DNA of 64,000 nt from Cycas panzhihuaensis (taxonomy: Eukaryota > Plantae > Cycadophyta). Each line of letters starts with the position of its first letter. Positions within the stretch are counted from its first letter, which is position 1. This document shows, one piece after another, positions 50,062 to 64,000 of this stretch. The DNA lies in the NCBI GenBank assembly GCA_023213395.1, contig CM041465.1, positions 125,495,741 through 125,559,740 on the forward strand, in the 5' to 3' direction. The notes beneath the pieces were generated by a model. It saw nothing but the letters and a program-made list of their open reading frames with translations, made no database searches and was not told the origin of the DNA. Made by a program: the position numbers and the translations under genes.

Positions 50062-53000
50062 ATGGCCTCAAGTTTTGGTAACATGATCATTCCAAAATTT
50101 GATGGGAGTAATTTCTTGAATTAGAGTAGGAGGATGAGACCCATCCTTATAGTTAATGATATGTGGGAGATTGTGAAAATAGGGTACAGTGAATTAGGTC
50201 TAAATCCAATTAATGCAGAGAAAACTACATACAAAGAAAATGTTAAGAAGGATAACGAAGACTTGGCACTTATCTTTTGTATGCTTGAAGATCATGTATT
50301 CCCTCAGGTTAGTAAGTCCATCAAATCAAAAGAAGCTTAGGATACACTTTAGTTAATATATGAAGGAGCAACCTCTTCCAAACTCTAGAATCTTAAAAGT
50401 AAGTTTGAAAACTTGCCCATGTTGCCCATAGAAACTATAACAGAATTCATGATAAAAGTATAAGATATAGTCAATCAGATGAGGTCTCTTAGAGATACCT
50501 TAACAAAACAGAGGGTGGTTGAATAGATCCTAAGATGTATTGGTGTGGTTAGACATTTTGAAATGGTCACTACAAATATAAGTGTATCAAAAGACCTAAG
50601 CATATTAAAAGTAGAATAACTTAGTTCTATGCTCATGTCAATAGAAGAACAACAAAATGCTAACGAGTCACTTGAACATGCCTTTGCTACAAAGGCACAA
50701 ATCTAATCTAATTCTCAAGAAGGAACTTTAAGGTCCAAAGAATCACCTTCAAAAAGAAGGGTTAGGAATCTTAGAAGGGAAGTTAGGTAAGATCCTCCCA
50801 AATATCAAGCCCCCTATTAAAGGAGGCAAAGAGGACACCAACAAAATGAGAACCCTCCTAGGTATACAAACTAAAGGAAACAGTTTAAAGGACATACTTG
50901 TTGTCTAAATTATCAAGGCAACCCTCAATCCTCATGGTCCAATCAAGATTACTATGACAATAGACCAAGAGATAATCCCCCTCAATATTAGAGGAAAGGG
51001 AGAGATCCTCTAATATTGATCGATCTCATCCACGAAGCAGGAGCTTAAGCTATGGAACGAGAGATCCCTTATATTGTTCATATTACCATAGAAGTGGCCA
51101 TTCTAAAGATAAATGTTTCTCAAAACATGGACCACCTACTAAAGGACATGCCCATAATACAACTAAATCAAGGGGTAATAATAGGTTGTTTCTATCTAGC
51201 TTCACTGCTAAGGACGGAGAAGATGATAGTTGGTATATTGATTTAGAATATTCAACTTATATGACACATAAAGAACACGTGTTTCAAACTTTGGACAAAA
51301 GTATAGAAGGGTCCATTATGTTTAGAGATTATACCTCCCATGAATCAGTTGGTAGAGGTAATATAGCCTTGATGACAGATATAGGAGAATATAGACATCT
51401 AGATGATGTCTTGTATGTCCCAACTCTAAGGAAAACTTATTATCAGTAGGGCAGATGATGGGATAGGACTACAAAGTTATTTTTTACAATGGCGAGTGTG
51501 TAATAAAAGACAAAAGGAGAAATAAAGTTGTCGTTGCCAAAAAGAAAATGACTAAGGATCACTTGTTCAAACTTATACTTACTCCTTTACATACATATGC
51601 TTTAAGAATTTCATCTAACGTGGATAATGAGTTGTGGCATAAAATATTTGGCCATCTCAATTACAATGGTTTTGCCCTTATGAAGTGGGTGGATATGGTC
51701 AATGGTTCACCACATATTGAGGTGAATAAAAACTTATACGAAGGGTATCTTCTTGCTAAACACCATAGGAAAAGTTTTCCAGATTATAGTCATTGAGCAT
51801 CAAGTCCTTTCCAATTGGTATATACAGATATTTATGGTCCAATGAACACTCCTTCACTAGTAGGTGCAAAATACTTTATCATATTCATCGATGACTTCAC
51901 AAGGAAGACATGGGTGTTCTTCCTCAAGTATAAATCAGATGCCTTCCAACACTTTGTTAATTTCAAAACCTTTGTGAAGCGGCAAAGTGGATATAAACTT
52001 CTATCCCTAAGATTAGATAATAGGGGAGAGTTTATCTCCAATGTATTTAAAGATTATTGTGTACACCATGGAATTAGAAGATAGTTCACTAGTCCCTATA
52101 CCCCATAAGAAAATGATGTAGCGGAGAGGAAAAATCGCACTATAGTCAAAATGGCTAGGTGTATGCTTAAGGACAAGAATTTGAGACATGAGTTTTGGGA
52201 TGAAGCAGTACACACAATTGTTTATTTACTCAATTGGTGCTCCACCAAAGCCCTTAGGCGGAAAACTCCAAAAGAAGCTTAGATTGGTTACAAACCAAGT
52301 ATACATCATCTTAGAGTATTTGGATGTCTTGCATATGCTCACATCCCTGGTCAACGGAGATCTAAATTGGATGATCATAGCGTCCAATATATTTTCCTTA
52401 GCTATAGTGAAACTTCTAAGTCATACAAGGTGTATGACCCCAATTCAAGGAAAGTCATGTTAAGTAGGGATGTTAAGTTCCAAGAAGATACTTACTACCA
52501 AGACACTCAAGACAAGAAAAAGGAGGTTGCAATAAAGTTTGATACATCTTCCAAAACTAAATATGTGCCTCCTATGTTTGACTCTAGGAGAAGCATCAAT
52601 GAACCTAATGGGGAGGGAACTTCATCTCAATCTCCACCCAAAAACCTATCAAAATGGGTTCATTGAAATCATGACTTGGATAACATCTTAGATGTTAATC
52701 AAAGATCCACGTGCTCACACAAGGTTAACTTTACCCTAATAAGCATGGTATTAGAGACTCATGAGCCTTAAACCTTTGTTGAGGCCAATTGACATGAATG
52801 TTGGCAAAAAGCAATGGAAGATGAATACAACTCCATTGTTAAGAATGACATATGGGAGCTAGTTGATTTACCTCCAAAGAAAAAGACTATTAGTACATAA
52901 TGGGTCTATAAGACCAAGTTTTGCTTTGATGGCTCTATTGACAAGTATAAGGCTAGATTGGTTCCAAAAGGGTATGCTAAAAAAGAAAGCATTTACTATA

Positions 53001-54285
53001 CTGAAACCTTTGCCCCTATTGCTCAAATGGAATCCATTAGAATGACGATGAGCCTAGTAGCCCAAATAGGTTAGAAAGTTCACTAAATAGATGTCAAAAG
53101 TGCCTTCCTCAATGGCTACATCAAAGAAGACATGTATATCACTCAACCTCTTGGTTTTGAAGTCAGAGGGGAAGAGAACAAAGTGTATAAACTAAAAAAG
53201 GCATTATATGGTTTAAAACAAGCACTTAGGGCTTGGTATTCTTGCATAGATAAATATTTCAGAGATCAAGGGTTTGAATGATCTCAAGCACACCGTAACT
53301 TATATATCTAAATCAAGGAAAATTCAATCCTAATTGTAGGTCTTTATGTAGACGACCTTGTATATATTGGAAATGACTCCTACCCGTTGCATCAATTCAA
53401 AGATGTTATATGTAAAGAATTTGAGATGATAGATTTAGGACTTATACATTACTTCCTAGGATTAGAAGTTTGGCAAGACAAGAAGGGAATTTTCATCTCC
53501 CAATGCAAATATACTTTGAACTTATTACAAAAATTCAAGATGTCTGATTATAAACCATTAGCAACCCTAGCTGAAATATGAATCAAACTCTCCAAGACAG
53601 ATGACTCTACTTTAGTTGATCCAACACTTTACAGATAACTCATTGGTAGTTTGATATATTTGATATCCACCTGACTAGATATAACACACTCAGTTAGTGT
53701 TGTATCTAGGTTCATGCAAGATCTAAAGACCTCTCACTGGTAAGTAGCTAAGAGAATCCTTCAATATCCTAAAGGAACTCCAGATTATGGGCTATACTAC
53801 AAAGCTTCTCCAAAATTTTAGTTGACTAGATATACAGATTCAGATTGGGTAGGAGATGTTGATGACATAAAATCTACAACAAGTTATATATTCAATATGG
53901 GATTAGCACTAATAGCATGGAGCATAAAGAAGCAGAACACAAATTCCTTATCCACAACTGAGGTAGAATACAAAGCAACAGTAGTAGTTGTATGTGAGTC
54001 AGTTTGGTTGAGAAGACTATTACAATATTTCTAGCTTAAACAGAAAGGTCCCACCAAAATTTGGTGCAACAATTAGAGCACCGTCTAAATGGCAAAGAAT
54101 CTGGTCTTCCATAGCAGAACAAAACACATCAAGGCTCAACATCATTTCATTTGAGAACTAGTACAAGTTGAAGAAATTGAATTGGCCTATTACAGTACTG
54201 AAGACCAAACAACATATATATTTACAGAGGCATTGGGCAAAGTTAAATTCTAGAGAGAAAGTTTGGGAGTCATTTACATTGGGCA
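50062..54285 (+). pseudogene. gag-pol: Copia gag-pol of element 4, decayed
   Basis: MASSFGNMIIPKFDGSNF, LWHKIFGHLN, VYTDIYGPM...FIDDFTRKTWV, LRLDNRGEF, LYVDDL, YTDSDWVGD. Confidence 0.92.
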
Positions 54286-56677
54286 TTATGGGGGAGAATG
54301 TTGGGATAACCCCCAATGTTCCTATGAAGATGTGCACTTAGGGCCCCTCAAAGCCATCTTTGGGGCTCCTTAGGGCACTTAGAATTACACATCAAGCCAC
54401 CTAAAGCCTCTAGATGCTGACCCACTACTCTTAAGGTATGTGTTTATGTTTTTTAATTGTATTTTTACTATTAATTTGAATATTATTAGATAACGTGTAG
54501 GTTAGGTTGAGGTACTTACCACCTCCCTAAAATATCCTATAAATGGGGTGTGAATACCTCCCTATTATTTTTTAACACTGCCAATGATTCAAAGGAATAC
54601 ATTAACACAAGCATGATGATCTCACCATTGTAGTTCCACTCTGCACCTCTGTATCCTTCAAATTTGATATGGATTATTAAAGATAATCTGAGATCCAAAA
54701 TTGCCTTAATAAAGAACCTAAGCAAAGTAGTTGCTTATGGATGCTACCTATAGAGGGTATATATAAAACTAATTTTGATGGGGCCTCAAAAAGAAATCCT
54801 AATAGAGCAAGTATTGGAGGGATCATTAGAGATTATAATGGTAAGGCTAAGTATTTTTATACCCACGATATTGGTGAAATTATAAATAATGGTGCTAAAG
54901 TGATGGTTGCTCTTTCCATCCTAAAAATATCTAGTAGGTTGAGTATAGGGTCATGCGTTTAGAAGGGGATTCAAAGCTTATTATTAGTTTACTTACGAGG
55001 AATGAGGATAATATAAAGATTAGCAGTTAGAAGATTTCTTATATCTTGAATAAAGTGATGTACTTTATTAATGGTTTTGAAGAAGTTTCCTTTAAGTATA
55101 TTAGAAGGGGAGCTAATAAGGTTGTAGATCTCTTTACTAACCTAAGGTCAATAGGCCAATGGGGACAAATAAGAATATATTCAAACTTGGAGAAGATTAA
55201 GAACTTAAAGATTAAAGAGGATATCCTTTATACCATGAGTGCAAACAATTTATAGACTGGAATATAATCTAATTAATTACTGTCTGTATTTAAATAACAA
55301 ATGATATTTGGTTCATGTTGATTTTTGTTGATCTACTAGTTATCCTATTTTGGTGATGAATAATTCTTTAGAGTAGTACTTTGAGCTTGTAAAGCTTAAA
55401 TTTTTGTTGGCGCAATGATTTTGGATTGTACCTTTAGCTATCCTATATATACTGAAGATATAAGGTTTAACATTTTGTAAATGTAGTATGATTAGGATGC
55501 TTTATAGGTTTCTAGTACCCTATATTTTTGGGATGTTTATGCCAAGCCTTTCCCAATTGTGGGTCAAATTTCTCATGTATTTATATTGTAATTTTTTTTG
55601 TATTATAATATCAATTTCTCTTTACTAATTAAAAAAAAAAACTCAATCTATTATTTGCTACTATATATAAGGTTGAAAATATACTATTAAAACCTTCAAT
55701 GACTATAACTATTAGACGTAATATCTAATTACATTCCAACCCTTTTCACATTCTTTTATATATTTGATTAATATTATATTCATGGTCACATTAAGATGTG
55801 TGCAACCTTGAAAAGTGGGACAACACACAATGGTTAACATTTAAAGGTTCTCACATGTGGTAAGATGTTGTATATGTATGTACATGATCTTTCTCTTAAT
55901 TTGAATCTTAGCTAATTTCCCCCATACGTTATGCATATTGTGTATGTACTTTATCTTATTGTACTTATTATTTTATCTCTTATTTACTACATTCATTCAT
56001 TGTTATTCTTTATTGGGTCTATTATCACTGCTTCTATCATGATCCATCTTTGTGGTGTCATAACTATACCAGAAATCCAAGATTATGGTATTAGATCCCA
56101 AGGTTCAATCCCTTAGGAGAATATATTAGAGCCTATTATTTTTAGAAATTTTAAGCCACTTTTTAATGTTAGTTTTGGAATCATTTGGTATTTGTTTAGT
56201 GACTTGCATTATATCTCTTTCAAGGAGTTTATCAAGATATTTGAGGGCTAAATTTCAATGTATTTTGGAGCTATTTTATAATGTTACAAATGCAGAGTTC
56301 AAGGGTTGTTTTACTAATATTTTTAGAATACATTTAGGGTTATTTTATTATTGGTTTTGAGTTATGTTAAAGACTATTCTAAAGTTTTATAGAGCTTGTT
56401 TTCTAAGTTATATTAGGGAGAAAAAAGATAACTTTTTGTTGCATTTAGTGACCATTCTTTATGTATGTAGGTACCTATAAAAACATTATACGTAGTTAGT
56501 TTTTAAAAGTCACAAGCAAATTTTTTGAAGATATTTTATAGAGTAAAAAGTTGGAGCAGATCGACTATAACTATAAGACTGATCATCTTATAGAAGAAAC
56601 TAATCTACTGCTCAGAAAATGAGCAAAATAAATTATTTTATGGTTGTCTAATACCTCATTTTGAAGGCCTTTATAAG

Positions 56678-59600
56678 TGTTAGGAGATAAATTATAATGC
56701 ACATTTAAGTATTTTGGTCAGTCTTCAAAATTATTATCTTTTTACTACTTTAATGTGTATATAAGCATATTATACATTGTAAATTTTTTCATCGGGTGAA
56801 TGAAAGGTATCTTACGATACCATTTTTGATACTGTTATTTTTCACACTTGATTGTATGATTCATGACATGGTATCAAAGTGCCAGGCTTAAGTAGGGTCT
56901 ATGAGCTACTTGATTTTGTTGATACCACTATTACTATGGTCATGTCATTGCATTGTACCTATTCCCACTCTATTCATGGCTAAGATTTAGGATAAGAGGT
57001 GATTTTACAGAACTATTTGAGAAGTGTTAGCTATTGCTTGTGCATCCATCCATTGAAGTGCCTCTGACCATATTTGAGATTCATCAGCTGCCAGGTATTC
57101 TAAAATTTCCACGTTATTTTTATTTTTTTTTCTTCACTAATCTACTGGTTTTCGCCAATATGTTTTTCTTTTTGGCAATGCCCATTCGATTTTTTTTTTT
57201 AATCTTTGATTAATGTTTTAATCATTAAGTGTATATCTGGTAATTCGTTGTATTTTCCATTGATTTTTTATTTATTGCATTTATTTTCATTGCTAATTTT
57301 GTCAATTTTCATTTTTTATTTTCTTTTACAAAGTTCTTTAATTTAATTATAATGAATTTTAATTGAAATCCATAAGCCCCTCTCGCCTTAGCTCTTAGTC
57401 TCATACAAACCTTATATAACCTACAACTAAATAGTAAAAAGTATTAAGCTTTTAATCTCTCCTTTTTTATTTTTTATTTATTTTATTATTATTACATATC
57501 TTTTAAAGGGGTATTTGTGCGCTTTTTCTTTATATCTTGAGTTCTAGGAGTCCATTTCTCAAATTGTCTAAACTGCTAGAATCCTGTCTCAGAGCATGTT
57601 ATTTTAATATATGATTTGACATATTTTGATATTATTTTTATAAAGAAATTTTTAGCCTAATCTCGAGTCTGTGTATAGGACCTTTGCATAGTAATCAAAT
57701 GAAATTTTCCCTTGGAACCTTTACATCATTCTCTTACCTATTTCTTGACCTAGAAAGGAAAAGTCCCAATGGTAGTATATCAGATAAGTTAATCATTACC
57801 TAAGTTTAATAGATTTGACTATCTACCATGGTCAAGGCAAATACAAGTTATTTTACAATCAAAGGGTTTATGGAATATTATTTCTGATGGATTTATAGTA
57901 CCTCAACCAAAATTGCCTAGTATGAAATTGATACTTAATTAAGAGATAGAAAAGGAAGAGCTCTTAAAGAAAGATAGAAAGGCACTTTCCATCATTTATA
58001 TATTTGTATATGAGCACATATTCCCTTATATATATGAAGTTGTTACTTTTTATGAAGCATGGAATATTTTGAAGACTAATTATGAAGGAGCTATACCTTA
58101 AAGGCTTTAGAATTTGAGATTAAATTATAAAAATTTAAAGATGATGCCTACATAATCAATTAATGAGTTCATTACAAAGATACAAGATCTAGTTAATCAA
58201 ATGGTATATTTGGGAGAATAGATTTTTGGATAGAGAATGGTTGAGAAAATACTAAGGAGTGTAAGTGAAATCAACCAATTTGAGAATATTGCGATTATTA
58301 TCGAGGTAACAAAGGACTTGTCTACCCTAAAAGTTGATCAATTATTGACCATATTACCTAATGTGGAAGAAAAGAGTAAAAATAAGACTATAATTGAAGA
58401 TTTGGATCAAGCTTTAACCTCAACAATTAATTTAAGGGGAAGAGTTAGGTAGTCAATCTTTCAAAGGATGAATCAATCTTAAGAAGTAAATCTGCAATAA
58501 ATTTTTTAGTATTTAAGAGGAAGATCAAGAGGACCAAGTCAAGGAAGAGGTTAGAATTATCCATCTCAAGGAAGAGATAGAGGTTATAGACCTCAATGTT
58601 ATAGATGCAGTAGATATGGGCATCTGGCTAGAAATTGTTATTTAACAAATACAATTACATATACATAAGATAATACATTAAAAGGTGAGAGTTTATTCTA
58701 TACTAGCTTAATGGCAAATTCTTTAACAAATGATAAATGGTTTATTAACTTTGGATGCTTAACTCATATGACTCATAATACTGAATCCTTTTTAAATTTT
58801 GATAAGGATCAGAAAGAGAAAGTTGTGTTTAGAGGTGATAATACACAAGAAGTTCAAGGAAAATGAACTATCTCCATTAAAATAGATAATAGAGAAAACA
58901 AAGATATTTATAATATGTTACTTATTCATAGATTAAAAGAAAATCTATTGTTAGTTAGCTAAGTGATGGAGTAAAGATACAGGTTAGTATTTAATAATGG
59001 TGAGTGAAAAATCTATGATAAGAAAAGAAATTTTTCTTGGGTTGCTAAGGGAAAAATGATTAAAGCTAGATTATTTAGATTAGGTCCATGCCCTCAAAAT
59101 GTTACATTAAATGCTTTAATTGGTGGTGATAGTACTTTATGTCATCTTTGTTATGGATATTTAAATTATGGTACCCTTATTACTTTAAGAAAGAAAGAAA
59201 ATTTTAAAGGCCTTTCATTTATTCAAAGCAATAATGATGTCTGTGAAGGATGTGTTTTTCGAAAACAACATAGAAAGAATTTTTCTGAATCTAGTTTTCA
59301 ATCTCAAGATCCATTAGAATTAGTACATGTTGGCTTATGTGGGTCCATGAGGAATGTGTCATATGGAAAAGCAAGATATTTCATGATTTTGGTTTATGAC
59401 TTCACAAAAAAAATTTAAGCATATTTTCTTAAAGAAAAATCAGAAATATTATTGAAATTTGTAGAGTTTAGAGCTATGTATGAAAGACAAAGTAGACTCA
59501 AGTTAAAAAAAATTTGTTCAGATAATGGGAGAGAATTTATCCCTAATAATTTTAAAGATTTTTGTAGCAAAGTTAGAACAAGGAGATAATTTATAACTCC

Positions 59601-61959
59601 TTATACACCTCAAGAAAATGGTATAACTAAAAGAAAGATAGGGACTATTATGGAAATGACAAGATGTATACTAAAAGGAAGAAGGTTAGATGACTCTTTT
59701 TGGGAAAGTAATAAATATTATTGTATATTTACTAAATATAAGTCCAACCAAACCATTGAAGGATTTGACTCCTGAAGAAGCATGGATATGCAAGAAGCCT
59801 AATGTAAGCAATCTAAGAGTGTTTGGTTATGTTGTATATGCTTATGTTTTTTATAATAAAAGAACAAAGTTGGAAAGAAAAAGCATCAAGTGCATCTTTA
59901 TAGGTTATTCGGGTGAGCAAAAGGCCTACAGGTTATATAGTCTGGTTGCAAAAAAGTTTTTTATAAACAGAGATGTTATCTTTGAGGAATATGGTGTATA
60001 TAAAATTGAAGATGACAAAGATAAGAAAGTTATAATTAAGATTGGGGCCTTAAAAGGGAAAACAAATACAAATACGATTAAAGATAAAAGTTTAAATCAG
60101 AAACAAAGCCAAGATTCAAAATGGGTTACAAGAAGTCATGATCTAAGAAATATCCTATATAGTAACTTTAATAAGAGATTCACAAGATCACAAGCTAAAG
60201 TTAATTATGCTTTAATATCTGAAGTGATATAAAAAGATGAACCTCAAATTTTTTAAGAAGCTACAAAAAGTAATGAATGGACTCAAGTAATGGAAGTAGA
60301 ATATGATGCTTTGAGTCAAAATAAAACATGGGATTTGGTTGAATTACCACCAGGTAAGAATATTATTGGAACCAAATGGATATATAAGACTAAGTATAAG
60401 GCTTATGGTATAATTAAGAAATACAAAGCTAGATTAGTTGTAAAGGGTTATACTCAATAAGAAGGTATAGATTATGAAGAAACCTTTGCTCTTGTTGCTA
60501 AGATGACTACAATTAGGAGTATTATATCTTTACCTACTCATCTTGGTTAGAAGGTCTATCAGATGGATGTTAAATTAGTCTTTCTTAATGGATATGTTGA
60601 TGAAGAAATTTATGTCTCCCAACCTCAAGGTTTTGAAGTCAAGGGACACAAAAATTTGGTATGTAAATAATAAAGGCTTTATATGGATTAAAATAAGTAC
60701 CAAGAGCATGGTACATAAGAATTGACAAGTACCTTCAAGATAAGGGTTTTTAAAGGAGTAACTCAGATTTAAATCTATATGTGAAAACTATTAAAAACTC
60801 TATTTTGATTATTGCAATTTATGTTGATGATTTAATTTACACTAGTAACAATGATGAGTTACTTCAAGAATTCAAAAATGATATGAATTCTAAATTTGAG
60901 ATGATGAATTTATGACAATTACATTATTTCCTTGGAATTGAAGTATAGCAAGATGAAAGTGGGATATATATGTCATAAAGCAAGTATGCTATGGATATTT
61001 TAAGGAAATTTAACATGAGCAATTATAATTCTTGTGCCATTCCTGTTAAAGTTGGATTAAAGCTCAGTAAGCATGAGGAATCCAATTTAGTTAATTCCAC
61101 TCTTTATCATCAATTAATTGGAAATTGTATTTACTTAACTAATACAAGACCAGATATAACATATGCAATAAATTTGACTTCAAGATTCATGGTAAATCCT
61201 AATCAAGAACACTAGAACGCTACAAAGAGAATTTTCATATGCATCAAGGGAAGCATTGGTCATGGTCTTCTTTATAATTCTTCAAATGAATGTAGTTTGG
61301 TTGGCTATTTTAATGCAGATTAGGCCAATGACATTGAAGACAAGAAATCTATCACATGTTATATGTTCAACATTGGTTTAGTAACAATATCTTGGAATAC
61401 AAAGAAACAACCCACAATGTCATTATCTACAACATAAGTAGAATATAAGGTAGCTAAAGCCGCAAGTCGAGAAGCTATCTAGATTAGAAGATTTCTTGAA
61501 GATGTACACCAAAAACAAAATGTGATTTATTGTGACAATTAGAGTACAATTCAAAGATTGAAAAATCTAGTCTTACATACATGAACAAAGCATATCGAGA
61601 TTAAACATCACTACATTTGAGAGTTAGTTCAAGAAGGTCAGATTGATCTCATCCATTGTAGAATAGAGAATCAAATTGCAGACATATTTATAAAAGCATT
61701 ATCGAAGATCAAACACTACAAATTCAAGGAAGACTTGGGAGTTTTTCCAAATGTGCATTATAGGGGAGTGTTAGGAGATAAATTATAATGCACATTTAGG
61801 TATTTTGGTTAGCCTTCAAAATTATTATCTTTTCACTACTTTAATATATATATAAGCATATTGTACATTATAAATTTTTTGATCTGGTGAATGAAAGATA
61901 TATTGCAATACCATTTTTGATAATACTATTTTTTGTTCTTGATTATACAATTTGTGATA
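56678..61959 (+). mobile_element. Full-length Ty1/Copia element 5 (short LTRs), decayed
   Basis: LTRs 56678-56868 and 61769-61959, TSD ATAAG (56673-56677 and 61960-61964), PBS TGGTATCAAAGT 56869-56880, PPT 61762-61768. Confidence 0.95.
57769..61760 (+). pseudogene. gag-pol: Copia gag-pol of element 5
   Basis: VEKILRS, CYRCSRYGHLARNC, CEGCVFRKQHR, TPEEAW...KCIFIGYS, IYVDDL, YLTNTRPDI. Confidence 0.92.
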
Positions 61960-63344
61960 ATAAGTGTCCTATAATTGGGATTTGTTACTTGATTTGAGGC
62001 CACAAGAAGGCCAATAACTTATTTTATACACTTGGCAGAGAGAAAGGGGATATATATTTATTTTTCTTAGAAGTTTTGTAGCTCTATTCCTACAAGGTAG
62101 AAAAAAAGAGGGGATAAATGATAAGGGTTTGATATGAAATATGTATAATTTTGTTGAGGGCCTGTAAAGAATATTTTTTCCCCTCCTCTAAATCTACTAT
62201 TAGTATTTCTATGGAAGACAAAAAGGTATACTAAAATATGCTTGAAAAAAAAAAGAACCGCGTTAAGTAAGATGTAGGAGGCATCTTTTAAAATTCATGG
62301 CATATAGGAAGGTGTCCCAGGACTAGACACCATGATAGGTATATCATAGAGGTCTCAAAGCTATATGGAGAAGCCCTAGAAGCATCCCAACATAGGAGAT
62401 GGATGATCTTGAGCATATCTCAAATATGTGTTATGCTTGGAGCATACTTAAAACTTGGGTGGTAGAAGACTCTCTTGGTTTAGTCTTGTAAGAAATACTC
62501 CTAACTACAAGCAAGGTAGTAGAGATAATAGGTGTGGGAAGATGTATTAGAAGAATTGGAAAGCAAAACATAAGATGAATGCTATTATTTATAGACTAAA
62601 AGAGAAAATATGAGGATGAAGTTTAAGAGGCTTACATGCCCTATAAGGCAAGAAGAGAGTAGAGATCCCTAGTAATCGTATATAGTCATAGAGCATTCAA
62701 CACCATCTGTGGGAAGACAAAGATGGACACTCTGGCTTGTAATCCATAAGAAAGTCCTACAAACACTAACAAAGAAGTTGCCCTTATAAATGAAAAACAT
62801 TAGAAAACAATAAAGAAAATCAAGCCCATTACATGAATCATATATTACAGAAGAAACTCATCATTGTCGTTATAGACTTTACAATAAAATTTGCTGAAAA
62901 TGTTAAAAATTTTGCCCATTTGATCTTTGGGATATGTAAAAATATTTGTGAGTGTTTTTTCTTTAATTTAAGTATATTTGTTATTTTCATCAAATTTGAC
63001 ATATGCATAAATGTCAAATATTTTAGGTAGTATTTAATAATTTTTATATTGTCAAAAATGAAATAAGTAATATTTCATAAAGTTTTAAATTTACTACCCT
63101 TCTTGATTAGTCAACCCCTAGTCACATGTCGCCCACATGATCGATAATTGAATAGCAAAAAGGGCCGAGCTTTCGATTTTTAGCCCTTCATCATTTTTCA
63201 ATAACATTATTTCATTGTTTCAACCATAACTTGAGCATATGGAATATGTTTTTAGAATTGAAGGTAGCATTAGATTTCTGACCGAGTACTATTCAATTTG
63301 ACAACTCACATGAATTGTTTTAAAGGAGAAAATTCATCTCAAAG

Positions 63345-63404
<60 letters not shown>

Positions 63405-63433
63405 ATATAGATATATGTGTGTGTGTATATATA

Positions 63434-63466
<33 letters not shown>

Positions 63467-63472
63467 ATATAG

Positions 63473-63513
<41 letters not shown>

Positions 63514-63530
63514 GATATATATATATATAC

Positions 63531-63586
<56 letters not shown>

Positions 63587-63652
63587 GTGTGTTTGCATGT
63601 GCATGTGTGTATATGTATATATATACATACATATACACACACATATACAGAT
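63345..63652. repeat. Compound microsatellite (TA)n/(TG)n/(TATG)n/(CA)n/(TACA)n
   Basis: Read directly from the sequence. Confidence 0.97.
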
Positions 63653-64000
63653 ATGATGAAAAGGCTATAAAACCCTTTTATCATTAAAATTTATTAAAAT
63701 TATCATATAGAGAGTTATTGTTTAATGTTTTAAATTACATTATCATTTTATATCAAATTTGAGATATTTTTATATCATTTATCATGTATTACTAGATACT
63801 TATAGCAAATAGAGGTAAGTTTGATAGCTTATAGAGGTAAAATTGAGGCCATAGAGCCCTTATAAGCCCATAGTACCCTTTGTTTTTAGCCATAATTACT
63901 GAAAAGCTACTCTTATTGTCTCATATTAGTAATAGGTGGGACTCATTTCTTTGTGGCACTCTTGCATCATTCTCAACTCACTTGTTTGACCACGTAAGAT

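Larger units (their letters stand above)
46104..54660 (+). mobile_element. Full-length Ty1/Copia element 4 with a 3.6-kb leader, inserted in the old LINE
   Basis: LTRs 46104-46464 and 54299-54660, TSD AATTT (46099-46103 and 54661-54665), degenerate PBS TGGTATCATAACC from 46467, PPT 54290-54298. Confidence 0.95.
31385..55641 (+). mobile_element. Old L1-clade LINE with C-terminal RNase H, split by three nested insertions
   Basis: ORF1 remnant (IPLEFWN..., 31.4-33.1 kb); ORF2 start MKLLSWN at about 33155; endonuclease continues at 36590-37156; RT at 43261-46103 (KLDMLKAYD, GDPLSPYLF); RNase H KTNFDGASKRNP at 54741 onward; poly(A) 55631-55641. The 5' end is uncertain. Confidence 0.88.
55797..62900 (+). 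mobile_element. Very degraded LTR-element remnant interrupted by Copia element 5
   Basis: PBS-like TGGTATTAGATCC near 56086 after an LTR-like stretch; faint gag-like residues at 62.3-62.8 kb. Boundaries are approximate. Confidence 0.3.

Noticed and set aside
63298-63687. ORFs rich in VC/YI/HT
   Set aside because: Translations of the microsatellite.

Overview
Repeat-dominated land-plant nuclear DNA, probably from a large-genome non-flowering vascular plant (inferred only from TE families, heavy C>T/G>A decay and an intron-containing UTP15). The window is a set of nested retrotransposons. It holds five Ty1/Copia elements (three complete with LTR pairs, PBS, PPT and 5-bp TSDs), a full-length Ty3/Gypsy, an internally deleted Gypsy and a probable solo LTR. 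It also holds two RNase H-bearing L1 LINEs, a young full-length one inserted into an old one. The only host-gene-like locus is on the minus strand at about 19.1-27.8 kb: two intact UTP15/SWA1-like exons spliced in frame to decayed exons of an apparently unrelated protein. The most interesting unexplained signal is in the 2.4-3.6 kb non-coding Copia leaders, which end just before the gag AUG in compact structured RNA domains. One of these domains is conserved with compensatory base changes between two diverged elements, making them candidate IRES-like or cis-regulatory RNAs. Other signals are covarying hairpins enclosing the PPT/3' LTR junction, a covarying hairpin array in a solo LTR, and a shared +1 gag-pol frame offset in two related Copia elements. 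All folding and alignment was done by eye.
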